Made by a program: the position numbers and the translations under genes. Under the pieces are notes generated by a model. That model saw only the letters and a list, made by a program, of their open reading frames with translations. It ran no database searches and was not told the origin of the DNA. From assembly GCA_044226015.1 (NCBI GenBank), contig JBGAHS010000002.1:1139435-1203434 (forward strand): DNA of 64,000 nt, in the 5' to 3' direction. Source of the DNA: Candidatus Obscuribacteraceae bacterium. Its GTDB lineage: Bacteria; Cyanobacteriota; Vampirovibrionia; Obscuribacterales; Obscuribacteraceae. The stretch's first letter is position 1; every line of letters starts with the position of its first letter. Of the stretch, positions 1 through 10,450 are shown piece after piece.

Positions 1-804
1 CTTAAGCACTTTTGCAGCCTTTCTGTTCGCATCCAATACTACCTTGTAAATCTCGACCAATCGCGCGTCGGGCTTTTTGCCAGGTACAAATGCAGTACGG
101 GTAATATCAGAGCAGTAACCCCCTGTATAAATACCACCAAAGTCCATAACAACAGGCTCGCCAGCCTTCAGTTTCCTGCTCCCAGTTGAATGGTGAGGTA
201 CCGCAGAATTAGGTCCACTGGCAACTATTGTTGTGAAACTATTGGCGGTGGCACCATTCTTGCGAAGGCGCATATCGATTTCGAAGCACAATTCTGACTC
301 TGTCATCCCGGGACGAATAAGCGGTAGCACCTCGTTGTACACTTTGCTGGTGGAACGACAGGCTTTGCGTAGGCAATCGATCTCGTCTTCATCTTTGAAT
401 TGCCTCAGTCGCTCAACAAAATGAACTGTTGGCACCAAAGTCGCTTTGATTTCTCTATTCCAGCGACCAAGCAGATCGACCGAAACATGCGTAGCTTCGA
501 AAGCCACCCTTGGCTTTTTAGCTGCTTTAGCTTTTTTGAGCAAGTCATTGATAATCGCAGAAACGCTTCCTTTGCGCTCCAACTTTACCATCCTGAAGTG
601 TTTCACTTCAGAGGGCACGCGCAACCAGTAACGCGGGTCCACAATTATGAAAGCCTGCTTTTGTGTTATCAACAAATGAGCTGCACTGCCACCAAATCCA
701 CTCAAATAGAGTACATTTTGATTGTCCGACTCAAATACACGCACTATCAGAGCGTCGAGTTTCTGCTTAATCAGTTCTTTCTGGATTTTCTGTACTCTAT
801 TCAT
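1..804 (-). CDS. Xaa-Pro aminopeptidase/dipeptidase (M24 family), runs off the left edge
   Basis: Not in the ORF track. Manual translation of the minus strand from ATG at 804 gives MNRVQKIQ...NVLYLSGFGGS...VDPRYW...LRQFKDEDEI...IVASGPNSAVPHH...MDFGGIYTGGYCSDITRT, the typical creatinase-N plus M24 motifs. Confidence 0.9.
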   Translation of the reverse strand, partial: MNRVQKIQKELIKQKLDALIVRVFESDNQNVLYLSGFGGSAAHLLITQKQAFIIVDPRYWLRVPSEVKHFRMVKLERKGSVSAIINDLLKKAKAAKKPRVAFEATHVSVDLLGRWNREIKATLVPTVHFVERLRQFKDEDEIDCLRKACRSTSKVYNEVLPLIRPGMTESELCFEIDMRLRKNGATANSFTTIVASGPNSAVPHHSTGSRKLKAGEPVVMDFGGIYTGGYCSDITRTAFVPGKKPDARLVEIYKVVLDANRKAAKVLK

Positions 805-1118
805 CAGGGAAGCTCATCACGGGAATCATGGGAACGCGAAATAAATCTACCATGTGCCAGCAAAGGTAGTCTGTGAAAAGTGAAATCCTGCAGGAACTTA
901 GATTTGCGGAAGAGTTGCGGATGGGCAAATTTCCGCTGCATCCGGGACGAACTTGTACAGTGCAAGCAAATTTCTGTGAAAGCAAGCGAACTCGGTGAGA
1001 ATGCGAAAAGAGGAGCTGACCTTCTCTGAACGAAAAAACTGTACTAACAGAAAACAGACAAGAAGCGATGTGGATATCAAGAACTGGAAAATCTTTGCCG
1101 CGGAAACCAAGCAAATTC

Positions 1119-1210
1119 CACGATTTTGATCGATATCGACCAAAATCGTGCTTTCTTACGTCCGCAAACCAAGTAGATTGAATCCATCAGATCGATATCG
1201 ATCAAAATCA
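1119..1210. repeat. Paired GATCGATATCGATC palindrome element
   Basis: cacgattttgatcgatatcgaccaaaatcgtg and a second gatcgatatcgatcaaaa about 63 bp downstream, with ccgcaaaccaagtagattg between them. Confidence 0.9.
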
Positions 1211-1280
1211 GAATTTTAAGTGCAAAAAGCGGTAGAAAAGGAAAAAGGGCAGGAAAGTAAGAAAAACACCACAGAAGATT

Positions 1281-1719
1281 CAAAACACTAACCAAAATCG
1301 CAATCAAAACTGCGATTAGGGCTTTACTCCACTCAAAAAGTGCAAAAAGCAAGAAAAGCTCCACAAAAAGTGCAAAACACTAACCAAAACCACAATCAAA
1401 AACTGCAATTGGGTCTTTACTCCACTCAAAAAGTGCAAAAAGCAAGAAAAGCTCCACAAAAAGTGCAAAACACTAACCAAAATCGCAATCAAAAACTGCA
1501 ATTGGGTCTTTACTCCACTCAAAAAGTGCAAAAAGCAAGAAAAGCTCCACAAAAAGTGCAAAACACTAACCAAAATCACAATCAAACTGCAATTGGGTCT
1601 TTACTCCACTCAAAAAGCGCAAAAAGCAAGAAAAGCTCCACAAAAAGTGCAAAACACTAACCAAAATCACAATCAAAACTGCAATTGGGGATTTACTCCA
1701 CTCAAAAAGTGCAAAAAGC
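1281..1719. repeat. Tandem repeat, about 4.8 copies of a 91-93 bp A-rich unit
   Basis: caaaacactaaccaaaa recurs at 1281, 1373, 1466, 1559 and 1650 with near-identical sequence between copies. Confidence 0.95.
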
Positions 1720-1806
1720 GGCAGGGTTAGATTGTTAGTCTAACCCTGCCACCAAGAGGGAAGCACCGCAACATAGAATGCTGTTACGGTGCTTCCCAAG
1801 CAAAGA

Positions 1807-3318
1807 CTACTTGCCGGATCCGTTGCCGAACTTGCGAACCAGCTCGACAAGGGTGCGAACGCCCCAGCCAGTGCCCTGCTCTTGAGCGAAGGCGACGGCC
1901 GCGATATCCAGGTGCACCCACGGCGTCTTGCCAGCAAAGCGGCTCAGGAATTGAGCCGCCGTGATGGAGCCAGCGCCAGCATCGCCACCCGAGTTCTTCA
2001 GGTCAGCGATTTTCGAATCGTTGGCACGTGCAAGCTCTTCCCAGAGGGGGAGCTCCCACGCGAGTTCGCCGACCGCAGCCCCCGAGTCGATCACCTTGCG
2101 GGTAAACTCAGGCGAGTTGCCGAACGCACCAGCCCCGGCCGAACCAAGAGCCACACGAATGGCTCCAGTGAGCGTCGCGACATCCACGATGTGCGTTGCT
2201 CCCTGACGCTTGGCGAACTCGATCGCGTCAGCAAGGGTCAGGCGCCCCTCGGCATCGGTGTTGTCCACCTCAACCGTCAGTCCCGCCATCGAGTGGAGGA
2301 CGTCACCAGGCTTCATAGCCTTGCCGCTGACCATATTCTCGGTCGCTGCCATCAGCACCTTCACACGCACAGGCAGCTTGAGTGCCGAAATGGCGCTCAT
2401 CGCCGCGAGCGTCGCCGCACCACCACCCATGTCACACTTCATGTGCCGCATGCCGGCGGAGGGCTTCAGGTCGTAACCGCCAGAGTCAAAGGTGACCGAC
2501 TTGCCGATCAGCGTGAGCAGCACGTTCGGGTCGGCGTCAGCCGGCGAATAGTCCATCTCGATGAGAACCGGAGGCTCTGCAGATCCGCGACCGACCGCCA
2601 GGAAGCAGTTGGCGCCCATCTTGCTCAGCTCCTTCGCGTGATAGAGAGTCACCGTGACAGCACCATTGCTGTCTGCGGCGACCTTCTTCGCTTCACGCGC
2701 AAGCCGAGATGGCGTCATCGTTCCCGAGGGCTCTGTGACGAGATCCCGAGCGAGATTGACCGCACGAGCGAGCGCCTGACCCTGACGCAGTCCGTCGGAC
2801 AGGCCGGAATCGCCGGTGGCGCCGACCAGCGAAACTTCAGAAAGGCGAACTTCCGGCCTGTGACCGCCAATGCTCGTCTTCTGATGGTTCATCACATAGT
2901 CGACCGTTCCTGCGGATTCGCCAACAGCACGACCGAATTCCTCAGGGCTGACACCAAGACCTGCGAGGTCAGGAACAGCCAGAGACACATGCGTCACCTT
3001 GAGCAACCTGGCTTGCTGGAAACCAGCCTCGAGCCCCTTGCGCAGACGCCGACCGTCGAGCTTGGAGCGTTCGCCCATGCCAACATAGACGGTGCGAGCG
3101 GCCGCCGAGAACGAACCGGAAAACTGCAGCATGGTCGAGCCATGCTTTGCGGTGAAATTCTCGGCCGCAGCTTGTCCAGCGAAGAGACCCGCGCTCGCGG
3201 AAATCAGCCCCTGGACGTGGGTGGAATCGAGTTCAGACTCGAACACCGGAACGATGAGGAGCTGAGCAGCATGCTGAGTGGCATTAGCACTCAGCGCACG
3301 AAGTTTTATAGAGGGCAT
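1807..3318 (-). CDS. pepA: Leucyl aminopeptidase (M17)
   Basis: GKSVTFDSGG, MKCDMGG, NTDAEGRL and WVHLDIA motifs. Confidence 0.95.
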   Translation of the reverse strand: MPSIKLRALSANATQHAAQLLIVPVFESELDSTHVQGLISASAGLFAGQAAAENFTAKHGSTMLQFSGSFSAAARTVYVGMGERSKLDGRRLRKGLEAGFQQARLLKVTHVSLAVPDLAGLGVSPEEFGRAVGESAGTVDYVMNHQKTSIGGHRPEVRLSEVSLVGATGDSGLSDGLRQGQALARAVNLARDLVTEPSGTMTPSRLAREAKKVAADSNGAVTVTLYHAKELSKMGANCFLAVGRGSAEPPVLIEMDYSPADADPNVLLTLIGKSVTFDSGGYDLKPSAGMRHMKCDMGGGAATLAAMSAISALKLPVRVKVLMAATENMVSGKAMKPGDVLHSMAGLTVEVDNTDAEGRLTLADAIEFAKRQGATHIVDVATLTGAIRVALGSAGAGAFGNSPEFTRKVIDSGAAVGELAWELPLWEELARANDSKIADLKNSGGDAGAGSITAAQFLSRFAGKTPWVHLDIAAVAFAQEQGTGWGVRTLVELVRKFGNGSGK

Positions 3319-3349
3319 TTTCTAATCCTTCTGCTTGTTGAAATTGAAG

Positions 3350-4033
3350 TCAGCTGCGCGGGTCCTGATAATCAGGCGGCAGCAGGAGTGGAGACTTTGC
3401 CGGCTTCTTTGTCTTGAGCGCCCGAGCCCAGATCTCACGATTTGGAACTCGGATGACATCAGCCTTGGACTCGATGGTCGTGGATAGCATCCCGACCTCG
3501 CGCACAGAGCCTTGCACATCAAGACCTTCGACCTTCACCTCGTCTTTTTCTGTGATCTTGCGGGTGAACTGAATCAAGAGCCCACAAATGAAGTCGTTGG
3601 CGGCGCCCTGCAAAGACAGAGTCAGAGCAGCACCGAAAACACCGAAGCCAACGATGAATCGGCTTATGAACTCGGCAGCCGTGAGGCTGAGAACCAGGAC
3701 GGCGACCACAGACCAGTAGAAAAACTTGAAGAGTTTGAGCGAGAGATCCTTGCCCCGGTCGGAAGCGTGGGTCTTGCTCAGGACGGCTTCAAATGCCGTA
3801 CAGAACGGCTTGTAGAACACCCACGCGATGTTGACCATCAGCGCACCGAACATCAGGTCGATGGCGAACGGCAGCATTTTGTGGAAGTAGTCCAGGAATG
3901 CCTGTCGCAGAGTCACATGGATATACGGGCTGAACACGTCGGTAACAGACGCGACGGTAACCAGCACGATCACCAGCAACATGGGCAGGAATTTCTGGAA
4001 GTTGCGGAAGAACGTTGTGACGATTCGGATCAT
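3350..4033 (-). CDS. Small-conductance mechanosensitive channel (MscS family)
   Basis: Hydrophobic N-terminal helices, then GAALTLSLQGAANDFICG...GSVREVGMLSTTI...IRVPN. Start placed at MIRIV, which follows a GGAGG RBS. Confidence 0.85.
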   Translation of the reverse strand: MIRIVTTFFRNFQKFLPMLLVIVLVTVASVTDVFSPYIHVTLRQAFLDYFHKMLPFAIDLMFGALMVNIAWVFYKPFCTAFEAVLSKTHASDRGKDLSLKLFKFFYWSVVAVLVLSLTAAEFISRFIVGFGVFGAALTLSLQGAANDFICGLLIQFTRKITEKDEVKVEGLDVQGSVREVGMLSTTIESKADVIRVPNREIWARALKTKKPAKSPLLLPPDYQDPRS

Positions 4034-4839
4034 GTTTGTCCTCCGTTTACGGAAGGTTTGGACGAAAGACCGACCGAGAAACAGAACCACAACCATCTGG
4101 GCAGGCTTAGGCGCTGCTTCAGGAATGGAAGATTTACTCGTGGTCTGGCTCTGGCGGCTTTGTCCTGGGTGGAAAGAAGAAACTCGTTACAGACAGAAAC
4201 TACCTGGTTTCCAAGCCCTAAATCAATTCTTGAAAAATTACTTCTTGATTAGTTAGTTTATTAGTGCATTTATTGGCAATTTCTCAGTATCAAAGCGAGG
4301 CTGCGCAAGCATTGAAGCGAGGTTGCGCAAGCATCCAGAACCTGTCTTAAATGGGCACTTTTCAGATGCGCAATCAAAACTTAGACGCACCTCACTTTGA
4401 ACAGTCCATTGGAACAGTCTATACAAGCCGAATTTATCTCAATTTTTCGGTGCTCTCGCGAACGAAAAATGATCTAGCAGAGATCGCGCAAGAGGTAACG
4501 TGATTTAGGATGGGCGGATTTATCCACTTCACAAAACCCTGACAAGAAGACATTTCCACGTCGCCAATCTCGTGAAATTAAGCCGGAATAAGGAGTAATT
4601 ACGAAAAAAAACTTTCAACACTTGGTATCCAGGAGCCACGCGGCTTGCGATTTCAGCTGCAAAAACAGTAGTTTATGAACATATTCCAGCCCCAGCCCAC
4701 AGTCCAGGAAAACCTCAGCCCACAAAGCTTCAAGAACTTTGCTATCGCAAGAATCTGGAATTAACTTCCAGTAGCCGAGACTGCCCAGCGAGGATTCTGA
4801 ACATCTGCCTCAAGCAGATGCGAATTAGTTCCACACCCG

Positions 4840-5010
4840 AGCACTTAGCCACTTACACACTTGGGCACTCGCGTACTTGGGCACTTGGACAGCGCTCTTG
4901 AATACATGGGCACTTGCGCTCTTGAATACATGGGCGCTTGCGCTCTTGAGCTCATGGGCACTTGCGCTCTTGAGCTCTTGGGCACTTGGGCACTTGGGCA
5001 CTTGGGCACT
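4840..5010. repeat. Degenerate 8-bp/24-bp tandem array (ttgggcac-like)
   Basis: Repeated gggcactt / gcgctctt / gaatacat octamers in the divergent intergenic region. Confidence 0.85.
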
Positions 5011-5121
5011 ATTTTCGATTAGAGCCAGACGTCATGGCTCTGCCTGCCTGTATCTCGTTGCGAAACGAGATACAGCACCACATCGTCCACCAGAGCAAAG
5101 TCACTTTGCAAAGGATTATCT

Positions 5122-5697
5122 ATGCAAGTAAAGCCTGCCGGAAAAGGAGACAAGAGCTCAACCAGTCCACCAGAACCTGATGCTCACCAACCGACGCCAA
5201 CTCAGTACATCCCTCCACCCTCGCCGCCGATACCTCCCGGCGGTCCATTCCCCTTACCGCAGATCCCGCTGGAGACAGTGTGGGACGTCGCAAGGATCGT
5301 CATCTTCGTCCTTACCTGGTACGTAACCAATGACGCCAACAAGGCGTTGGTCCACTACGTGGATTATTCGCAAATGGCTGCCGACTCAAACTCGCTCATG
5401 GGAGCTAGCTGGCAAGGCGCTTCAATTGGCTTACTCCAGGGGATGATCATGTCAGTGCAAGCGCTGGCAATCATCTGGGCATCACCGACACTGTTCCTGT
5501 ACTTGGGTCCTGTCCTGAGTGCTGCGCTTAAAACACCAATCCAACTTGTCGCAGAATTCCGACGGGCACTTCACCCGCCTGAGGGAGACAAGCCAGGCAA
5601 GCCCGGTAAGCCGGATGCACCGAACAAACCGGATAAGCCGGATGCACCAAGCGAACCGGACAAGCCAGGCGCACCGAACGGTAAGCCGGACCGGTAA
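5122..5697 (+). CDS. Hypothetical membrane protein with Pro-rich N-terminus and repetitive KPD tail
   Basis: 191-aa ORF with two hydrophobic segments and GKPDAP repeats. Confidence 0.6.
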   Translation: MQVKPAGKGDKSSTSPPEPDAHQPTPTQYIPPPSPPIPPGGPFPLPQIPLETVWDVARIVIFVLTWYVTNDANKALVHYVDYSQMAADSNSLMGASWQGASIGLLQGMIMSVQALAIIWASPTLFLYLGPVLSAALKTPIQLVAEFRRALHPPEGDKPGKPGKPDAPNKPDKPDAPSEPDKPGAPNGKPDR

Positions 5698-5900
5698 GCC
5701 GGATGCACCGAACAAGACGGATAAGCCGGATGCACCAAGCGAACCGGACAAGCCAGGCGCACCGAACGGTAAGCCGGACCGGTAAGCCTGACGCCCAGGA
5801 ACCGAACGGTAAGCCGGACCAGTAAGCCTGACGCCCAGGAACCGAACGGTAAGCCGGACCGAACAGACGCACCGGACCCGGACCGGCGAGCCTGACGCCC
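5590..5900. repeat. Tandem repeats (88-bp unit x2, then 40-bp unit x2) spanning the stop codon
   Basis: ggtaagcc-starting units at 5605, 5693 and 5781, then a 40-bp duplicate at 5821. Confidence 0.9.
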
Positions 5901-6196
5901 AGACAGCGTGATAACGGGCAACGGCTGACAGAGACAGCATTGGATGCTCTCAAAAAAAACCACCGAATCCTGAGACAACAGTCATGCGCTCCTTTGGACC
6001 GTGGCTCGCTGTTCGTTGGGATATGTCAGCTGACTTCTCACTCGTTCATCGGACCAAGCTGCTGAGCTGACACCGGTCGGCTTCTCAGGTCCATCCTCTA
6101 ACCGCTGAGCAACTCAGCAACGACACAGCTGTTCGATCAGAGCTCGGGGCATTGCCAAAACTCTGATGTTCTTTTTCCAATCGAAAAGAGTTCAAC

Positions 6197-6598
6197 ATGC
6201 ACAGACCGCAACGCTACCCTGTGCTGCCTTTGGTCGCGCTCGCGACCATGGCTGCATGCATCTTTTGCTTCTCTACAGGAGTATTCTCCGCAAGCAACAC
6301 CGCCCAGTTCTTCGGTGAATACAACTTCTACGCGCGCAAGCTGGCACACATCAGCGAGTACGCACTCTTGTTTCTCATAAGTCGCTATGCACTGAGCAAA
6401 GTGCTTCCCAACAGAAGCACCGCGTTTCATTGCGCAGCGTCCCTTGGTTTTGCCGCGCTATTCGCCGCTACCGATGAATGGCACCAAACCTTCGTTCCAA
6501 GTCGAACCGGCAACGTCTTCGACATGTACATCGACTGGAGCGGCGCAATTCTGGGATTCATCCTCTACACGGGACACAGAGCCCTTCGCAGCAGGTAA
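6197..6598 (+). CDS. VanZ family membrane protein
   Basis: RKLAHISEYALL and ATDEWHQTFVPSRTG...D...D motifs. Confidence 0.9.
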   Translation: MHRPQRYPVLPLVALATMAACIFCFSTGVFSASNTAQFFGEYNFYARKLAHISEYALLFLISRYALSKVLPNRSTAFHCAASLGFAALFAATDEWHQTFVPSRTGNVFDMYIDWSGAILGFILYTGHRALRSR

Positions 6599-6701
6599 GG
6601 AATCCGCTTCTTCTGTGCACCACTGGAGGTGCGTGACAAAAACTACTTGAACACAGAACAGCGCGACTGGCCGAGCCAGTAAGCGCTGCAGGAACAACAC
6701 C

Positions 6702-7970
6702 ATGACCGCCCGAAACAACGCAGAGCTCGCTGCCCATCACCGGCAAGCGAAAGGGTTGATGACTTTTTTCGCGCTTGTCTTCATCGCCGAAGGGCTGGGA
6801 CAAGTCTCGGGACTCATCAACCAACCACTCAGTTACTACCTACTCAAAACCAACGGCTGGAACGCGGAGCAAATCAACGCATTCCTGTCGGTGCTCGTGA
6901 TTCCGTGGATTATCAAGCCACTCTACGGCATTGTCTCCGACTTCGTGCCACTGTTCGGATATCGCCGCAAGACCTACCTGTTCCTTGCGAACCTTGCTGC
7001 AACGGTGGGCTATCTGTGGATCTTCAACCTGACTCAAACCTCTAGCATCCTGATTGCACTGATGCTCACATCAGTGGGCATGGCAGCATCAAGCACGCTG
7101 AGCCAGGCTTTGATGGTCGAAAACGGCAAGAAAACAGGAATGAACAGTAAGTTCGTCACACAGCAATGGCTCTGGTTCTTCATTGCTGCCATTGGCACCT
7201 CGTACGCCGGTGGTCAGCTGTGCCAACATCTGAGCCCTGAAGCAGCGATGCACACCGCTGCTTTGATCGTCGCCATCGCCCCTGTTGGTGTGATGATCGG
7301 CTGTTGGATTTACGTTCACGAGGAACCAGCGAAAATCAATGCTGAGGGATTCAAGAAAAGCCTTGTCAGCTTGAAAAATGGCTTGATGTCGAAAACCCTT
7401 TGGGTCGTGGGCGGATTCATATTCGCATACAACTTCAGCCCGGGATTCGGCACTCCCCTGTACATCCACATGTCTGACAATCTGAAGTTTGGTCAGGACT
7501 TTATTGGTACTCTGGGAGCATTAAGTGCAGCAGGAAGCATCGCTGGAGCGTTTGCCTATTCTTGGTTGTCTAAGCGCATGCAACTCAGACACCTGCTCTA
7601 TCTGTGCATCGCAATGGGAGCAGTGTCGCAAGGTTCGTTCGTTTTCCTTCATGGCGAAACGAGCGCAATTCTGCTGAACATCTCACATGGATTTGCTGCG
7701 ATGATTGCTCTGCTTGCTTCACTGACGCTGGCTGCGGACTCGTGCCCAGAGGGGTCAGAGGGATTCACGTATGCGCTGCTGATGTCCGTCAACAATTTGT
7801 CGTCTCCCGCTTCGAGCAGTAGCGGCGCATGGCTCTACGAGCATGTTTTCGAGCACAACCTGACGCCACTGATCATCGTGTCTGCCGTAGTCACATTGTT
7901 CGCTGCCTTTCTAGTCCCCACGCTGAAACTGGGCAATCGTAAGCCTGGACAGCATAATGCGGAAGCATAG
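6702..7970 (+). CDS. MFS transporter, folate-biopterin (BT1) family
   Basis: PWIIKPLYGIVSDFVPLFGYRRKTY and CPEGSEGFTYALLMSVNN signatures; many TM helices. Confidence 0.85.
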   Translation: MTARNNAELAAHHRQAKGLMTFFALVFIAEGLGQVSGLINQPLSYYLLKTNGWNAEQINAFLSVLVIPWIIKPLYGIVSDFVPLFGYRRKTYLFLANLAATVGYLWIFNLTQTSSILIALMLTSVGMAASSTLSQALMVENGKKTGMNSKFVTQQWLWFFIAAIGTSYAGGQLCQHLSPEAAMHTAALIVAIAPVGVMIGCWIYVHEEPAKINAEGFKKSLVSLKNGLMSKTLWVVGGFIFAYNFSPGFGTPLYIHMSDNLKFGQDFIGTLGALSAAGSIAGAFAYSWLSKRMQLRHLLYLCIAMGAVSQGSFVFLHGETSAILLNISHGFAAMIALLASLTLAADSCPEGSEGFTYALLMSVNNLSSPASSSSGAWLYEHVFEHNLTPLIIVSAVVTLFAAFLVPTLKLGNRKPGQHNAEA

Positions 7971-7998
7971 TTGTGGGATCATCTCGTTTTAGCCGAGA

Positions 7999-8040
7999 CA
8001 AGAGGGGTGATCTGCGCAAGCAGATCCGCCCCTCTTGATT
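7999..8040 (+). terminator. Stem-loop downstream of the transporter
   Basis: caagagggg-tgatctgc-gcaa-gcagatc-cgcccctcttg followed by T residues. Confidence 0.6.
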
Positions 8041-8110
8041 TCACCGATTACTACTATACTGCTTCGTACAACGCAGAAAACTACGACTAGTAACGCAGTC
8101 TTTTTTCCAA

Positions 8111-8195
8111 TTTTGATCGATATCGATCAAAATCTCCATTTCTCGATCCCGCAAACCCAGTAAATTGCCTCTCCAAAATCGATATCGATCAAAAA
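8111..8195. repeat. Paired GATCGATATCGATC palindrome element
   Basis: ttttgatcgatatcgatcaaaa ... cccgcaaacccagtaaattg ... atcgatatcgatcaaaa. Confidence 0.9.
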
Positions 8196-8341
8196 TGGAA
8201 TTTGAAGGTCGAATTCAGCTGACAACACGACGCCTTCTGACAACCAGGACTTATCGTGTATAACTAAAATAATCGCCATCGAAATTAAAACGTTATTTGC
8301 AATCCATCCACTACTGCTGCTGAAATTTTAAGAACTAAAAA

Positions 8342-9388
8342 ATGCGAATAAAATCCTTAGCATTTCTCGTATGCGCTAGCCTTCAGATACAGGCTTGCTT
8401 CCTTTTTCCAGAACGTGTTATCGCCGACCCCACAGCTGAGGCTACTCCACCTACTCAACAACTAGATAAGCTGCAACCAAATTCTGCCAACACGGTTGAT
8501 CCAGAAAAATCAAAAACTGACGCAACAACTCTACCCGGTTCAGAAAAAATAGATCGTCAACAAAAGACTTTACTCCAAAGAAAATCACCTCTAAACAGCT
8601 ACACACAGTCACCGACACAAGATTGCGAGTCTCAATTGCATTCGAAATCAGAGCAAAACTGCGCAAACGCTCCACCCTCTGTTGTCGACTCAATTGAAAG
8701 TGAAAAGACAGATTCTGACGACAACACTCCTAAATGGAAAAACAAACTTGATGACGGTCCCGAGGATTTGTTCTACTTTGTAGAGGCCGTTTCTGGCAAA
8801 AAGCTAAAAGACCAGACCTTCAATCTTCTGAAAGGTGTAACAGACATTGAGATTTCGGAAGATCATATTCAATTCTTCAGATGTGACAAACAATCACTGA
8901 GAGTTGGCGGAGACACCACGGGCGGTGCCAAATTTTACGAAGACTGGGAAAAAGCCAAAACAAATTTGCAAGAGAAATTCGGTGATCAAGGCAAGGAATT
9001 TCTAGATAACATTCAAGGAATTCACTTGGCAGGAAACCGCATCGAAGTAATTCGAAAGGGTCCCGAGGAATTGAACATTGACCTTGGCGACAAGAAATTG
9101 CATCCAGCCTTTGACTTGCGAAGCATTCGATTCAAGAAAATAGCAGTAACAGTAGACAACTCCAGCACATTTCCGAAATTACGTGACATAAATGGAGTTG
9201 TGGCAGTTATAAAAGCCCCTGGCTTCAGTTTCCCCGTCGAAGTCAAAGACTTTTGCAAGGTCCGCTTGGAAGCAGAAAATGATATCACTGTCGGTGTCAC
9301 CGACCCCGTGCCTTCAGCAATTCGAGCATTTTTCTTTCTACCTTCAATTTTTCATTTTCATTTTCGGCTCAAAAGGAAGGTCAATTGA
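8342..9388 (+). CDS. Hypothetical secreted protein
   Basis: Signal-peptide-like N-terminus, low-complexity linker and globular C-terminal half. Confidence 0.7.
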   Translation: MRIKSLAFLVCASLQIQACFLFPERVIADPTAEATPPTQQLDKLQPNSANTVDPEKSKTDATTLPGSEKIDRQQKTLLQRKSPLNSYTQSPTQDCESQLHSKSEQNCANAPPSVVDSIESEKTDSDDNTPKWKNKLDDGPEDLFYFVEAVSGKKLKDQTFNLLKGVTDIEISEDHIQFFRCDKQSLRVGGDTTGGAKFYEDWEKAKTNLQEKFGDQGKEFLDNIQGIHLAGNRIEVIRKGPEELNIDLGDKKLHPAFDLRSIRFKKIAVTVDNSSTFPKLRDINGVVAVIKAPGFSFPVEVKDFCKVRLEAENDITVGVTDPVPSAIRAFFFLPSIFHFHFRLKRKVN

Positions 9389-9456
9389 AGCCATGTTTGA
9401 ATGCAAAAAGGTGATGTAGAACGCCAAGCCACTTCAAAATCAGTTCTAAATCAATT

Positions 9457-10029
9457 CTAGAAAGCAGTTTCCGCAATCATATCGATGTGTTCTATGAAAT
9501 CTGCTGGCCATTCACGAATACAGAGCTTAAACCTGTTTTTGTCCCCTGCAAATAGCGCTCTGCTTGCCTCTTCAAACCCTGGTAAATCTCCCCCAATAGC
9601 GCCCATGAACTTGTAAGTGATCTCGCGAGATTTCCTGGGAGAAATTTGGTCAGCAAGCCTTGCTTTCTCAACTAACTTTCGTATCGCCACTGAAGCGCCA
9701 CCAGACTGTTCATTCAGCCAATCCCAATGTCTCGGCAGAAGCGTCACTTCACGAGCGATTACCCCAAGCTTCGGTCTTCCACGCCCACGCACCGACTCTG
9801 GAAGCACCTCGGCGAGATTTTTTCCACCTAGAGCAAAACGCTGCTTCACATCAGCAACAGATCCACGAAGGTCCAATTCTACAATCTTACTCTCGTCATC
9901 AAAAACAAGAATTTGGGCCATTGAATTCGAATCCAAGAATTTTCTCGACGAAAGGGCCACTTCCGCCTTGGTTCCTCGAACAATTTTCTTTCCACCACAA
10001 AACGCAGTGCACAGTTGATCACTCTGCAT
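9457..10029 (-). CDS. DUF2239 family protein
   Basis: RGRGRPKLGVIAREVTLLPRHWDWL..Q.GGASVA.RKLVE and GDLPGFEEASRALFA motifs. Confidence 0.9.
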   Translation of the reverse strand: MQSDQLCTAFCGGKKIVRGTKAEVALSSRKFLDSNSMAQILVFDDESKIVELDLRGSVADVKQRFALGGKNLAEVLPESVRGRGRPKLGVIAREVTLLPRHWDWLNEQSGGASVAIRKLVEKARLADQISPRKSREITYKFMGAIGGDLPGFEEASRALFAGDKNRFKLCIREWPADFIEHIDMIAETAF

Positions 10030-10073
10030 ATATGTCCACCTATATTCTGCCCAAAGCTTAATCCATCGATGTT

Positions 10074-10099
10074 TCTAATATTACCCGGGTAATATTAGA
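10074..10099. promoter_or_regulatory. Perfect 26-bp palindrome, putative operator of the DUF2239 gene
   Basis: TCTAATATTACCCGGGTAATATTAGA, about 45 bp upstream of the start codon. Confidence 0.6.
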
Positions 10100-10229
10100 C
10101 TGTCAAGTCTATACTTCCCGACAAGTAACAATTTCCTGAGGCAACCAGTAGCAACTGTAACCGCGAACTAATGCTATCAACAAACGAAGCAACAGAGTCC
10201 TACCTACCTCTGACAACGAACAACAATCA

Positions 10230-10450
10230 AATCCAACCTGCGGCAATCTCACGACAACGAACAACAAAGCAGTTCCACTGCCAACGGTGACATGCAAACA
10301 ACAAGGCTATTCCACTGCCTGCGGCAATCTCACAACAACGAGCAATAAGACTATTCCACTGCCAACGGTGACACCCCTAAAGCAAACAACAAAGCAATTC
10401 CACTGCCTGCGGTATCACTAAACAATTAAAAGCAAACCATTCCACTGCCA
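10230..10450. repeat. Degenerate approx. 40-bp tandem repeat
   Basis: ttccactgcc core at 10273, 10310, 10354, 10398 and 10440, mostly preceded by caacaaag-like sequence. Confidence 0.75.

Noticed and set aside
1316..1660. Repetitive ORFs within the 92-bp array
   Set aside because: Unit length varies from 91 to 93 bp and breaks the frame; no RBS; by-products of the DNA repeat.
1789..3417. 542-aa plus-strand ORF
   Set aside because: Antisense shadow of pepA produced by GC-rich codon usage; no recognisable motifs.
4877..5180. WALALL-repeat ORFs
   Set aside because: Translation of the octamer repeat; no other support for coding.
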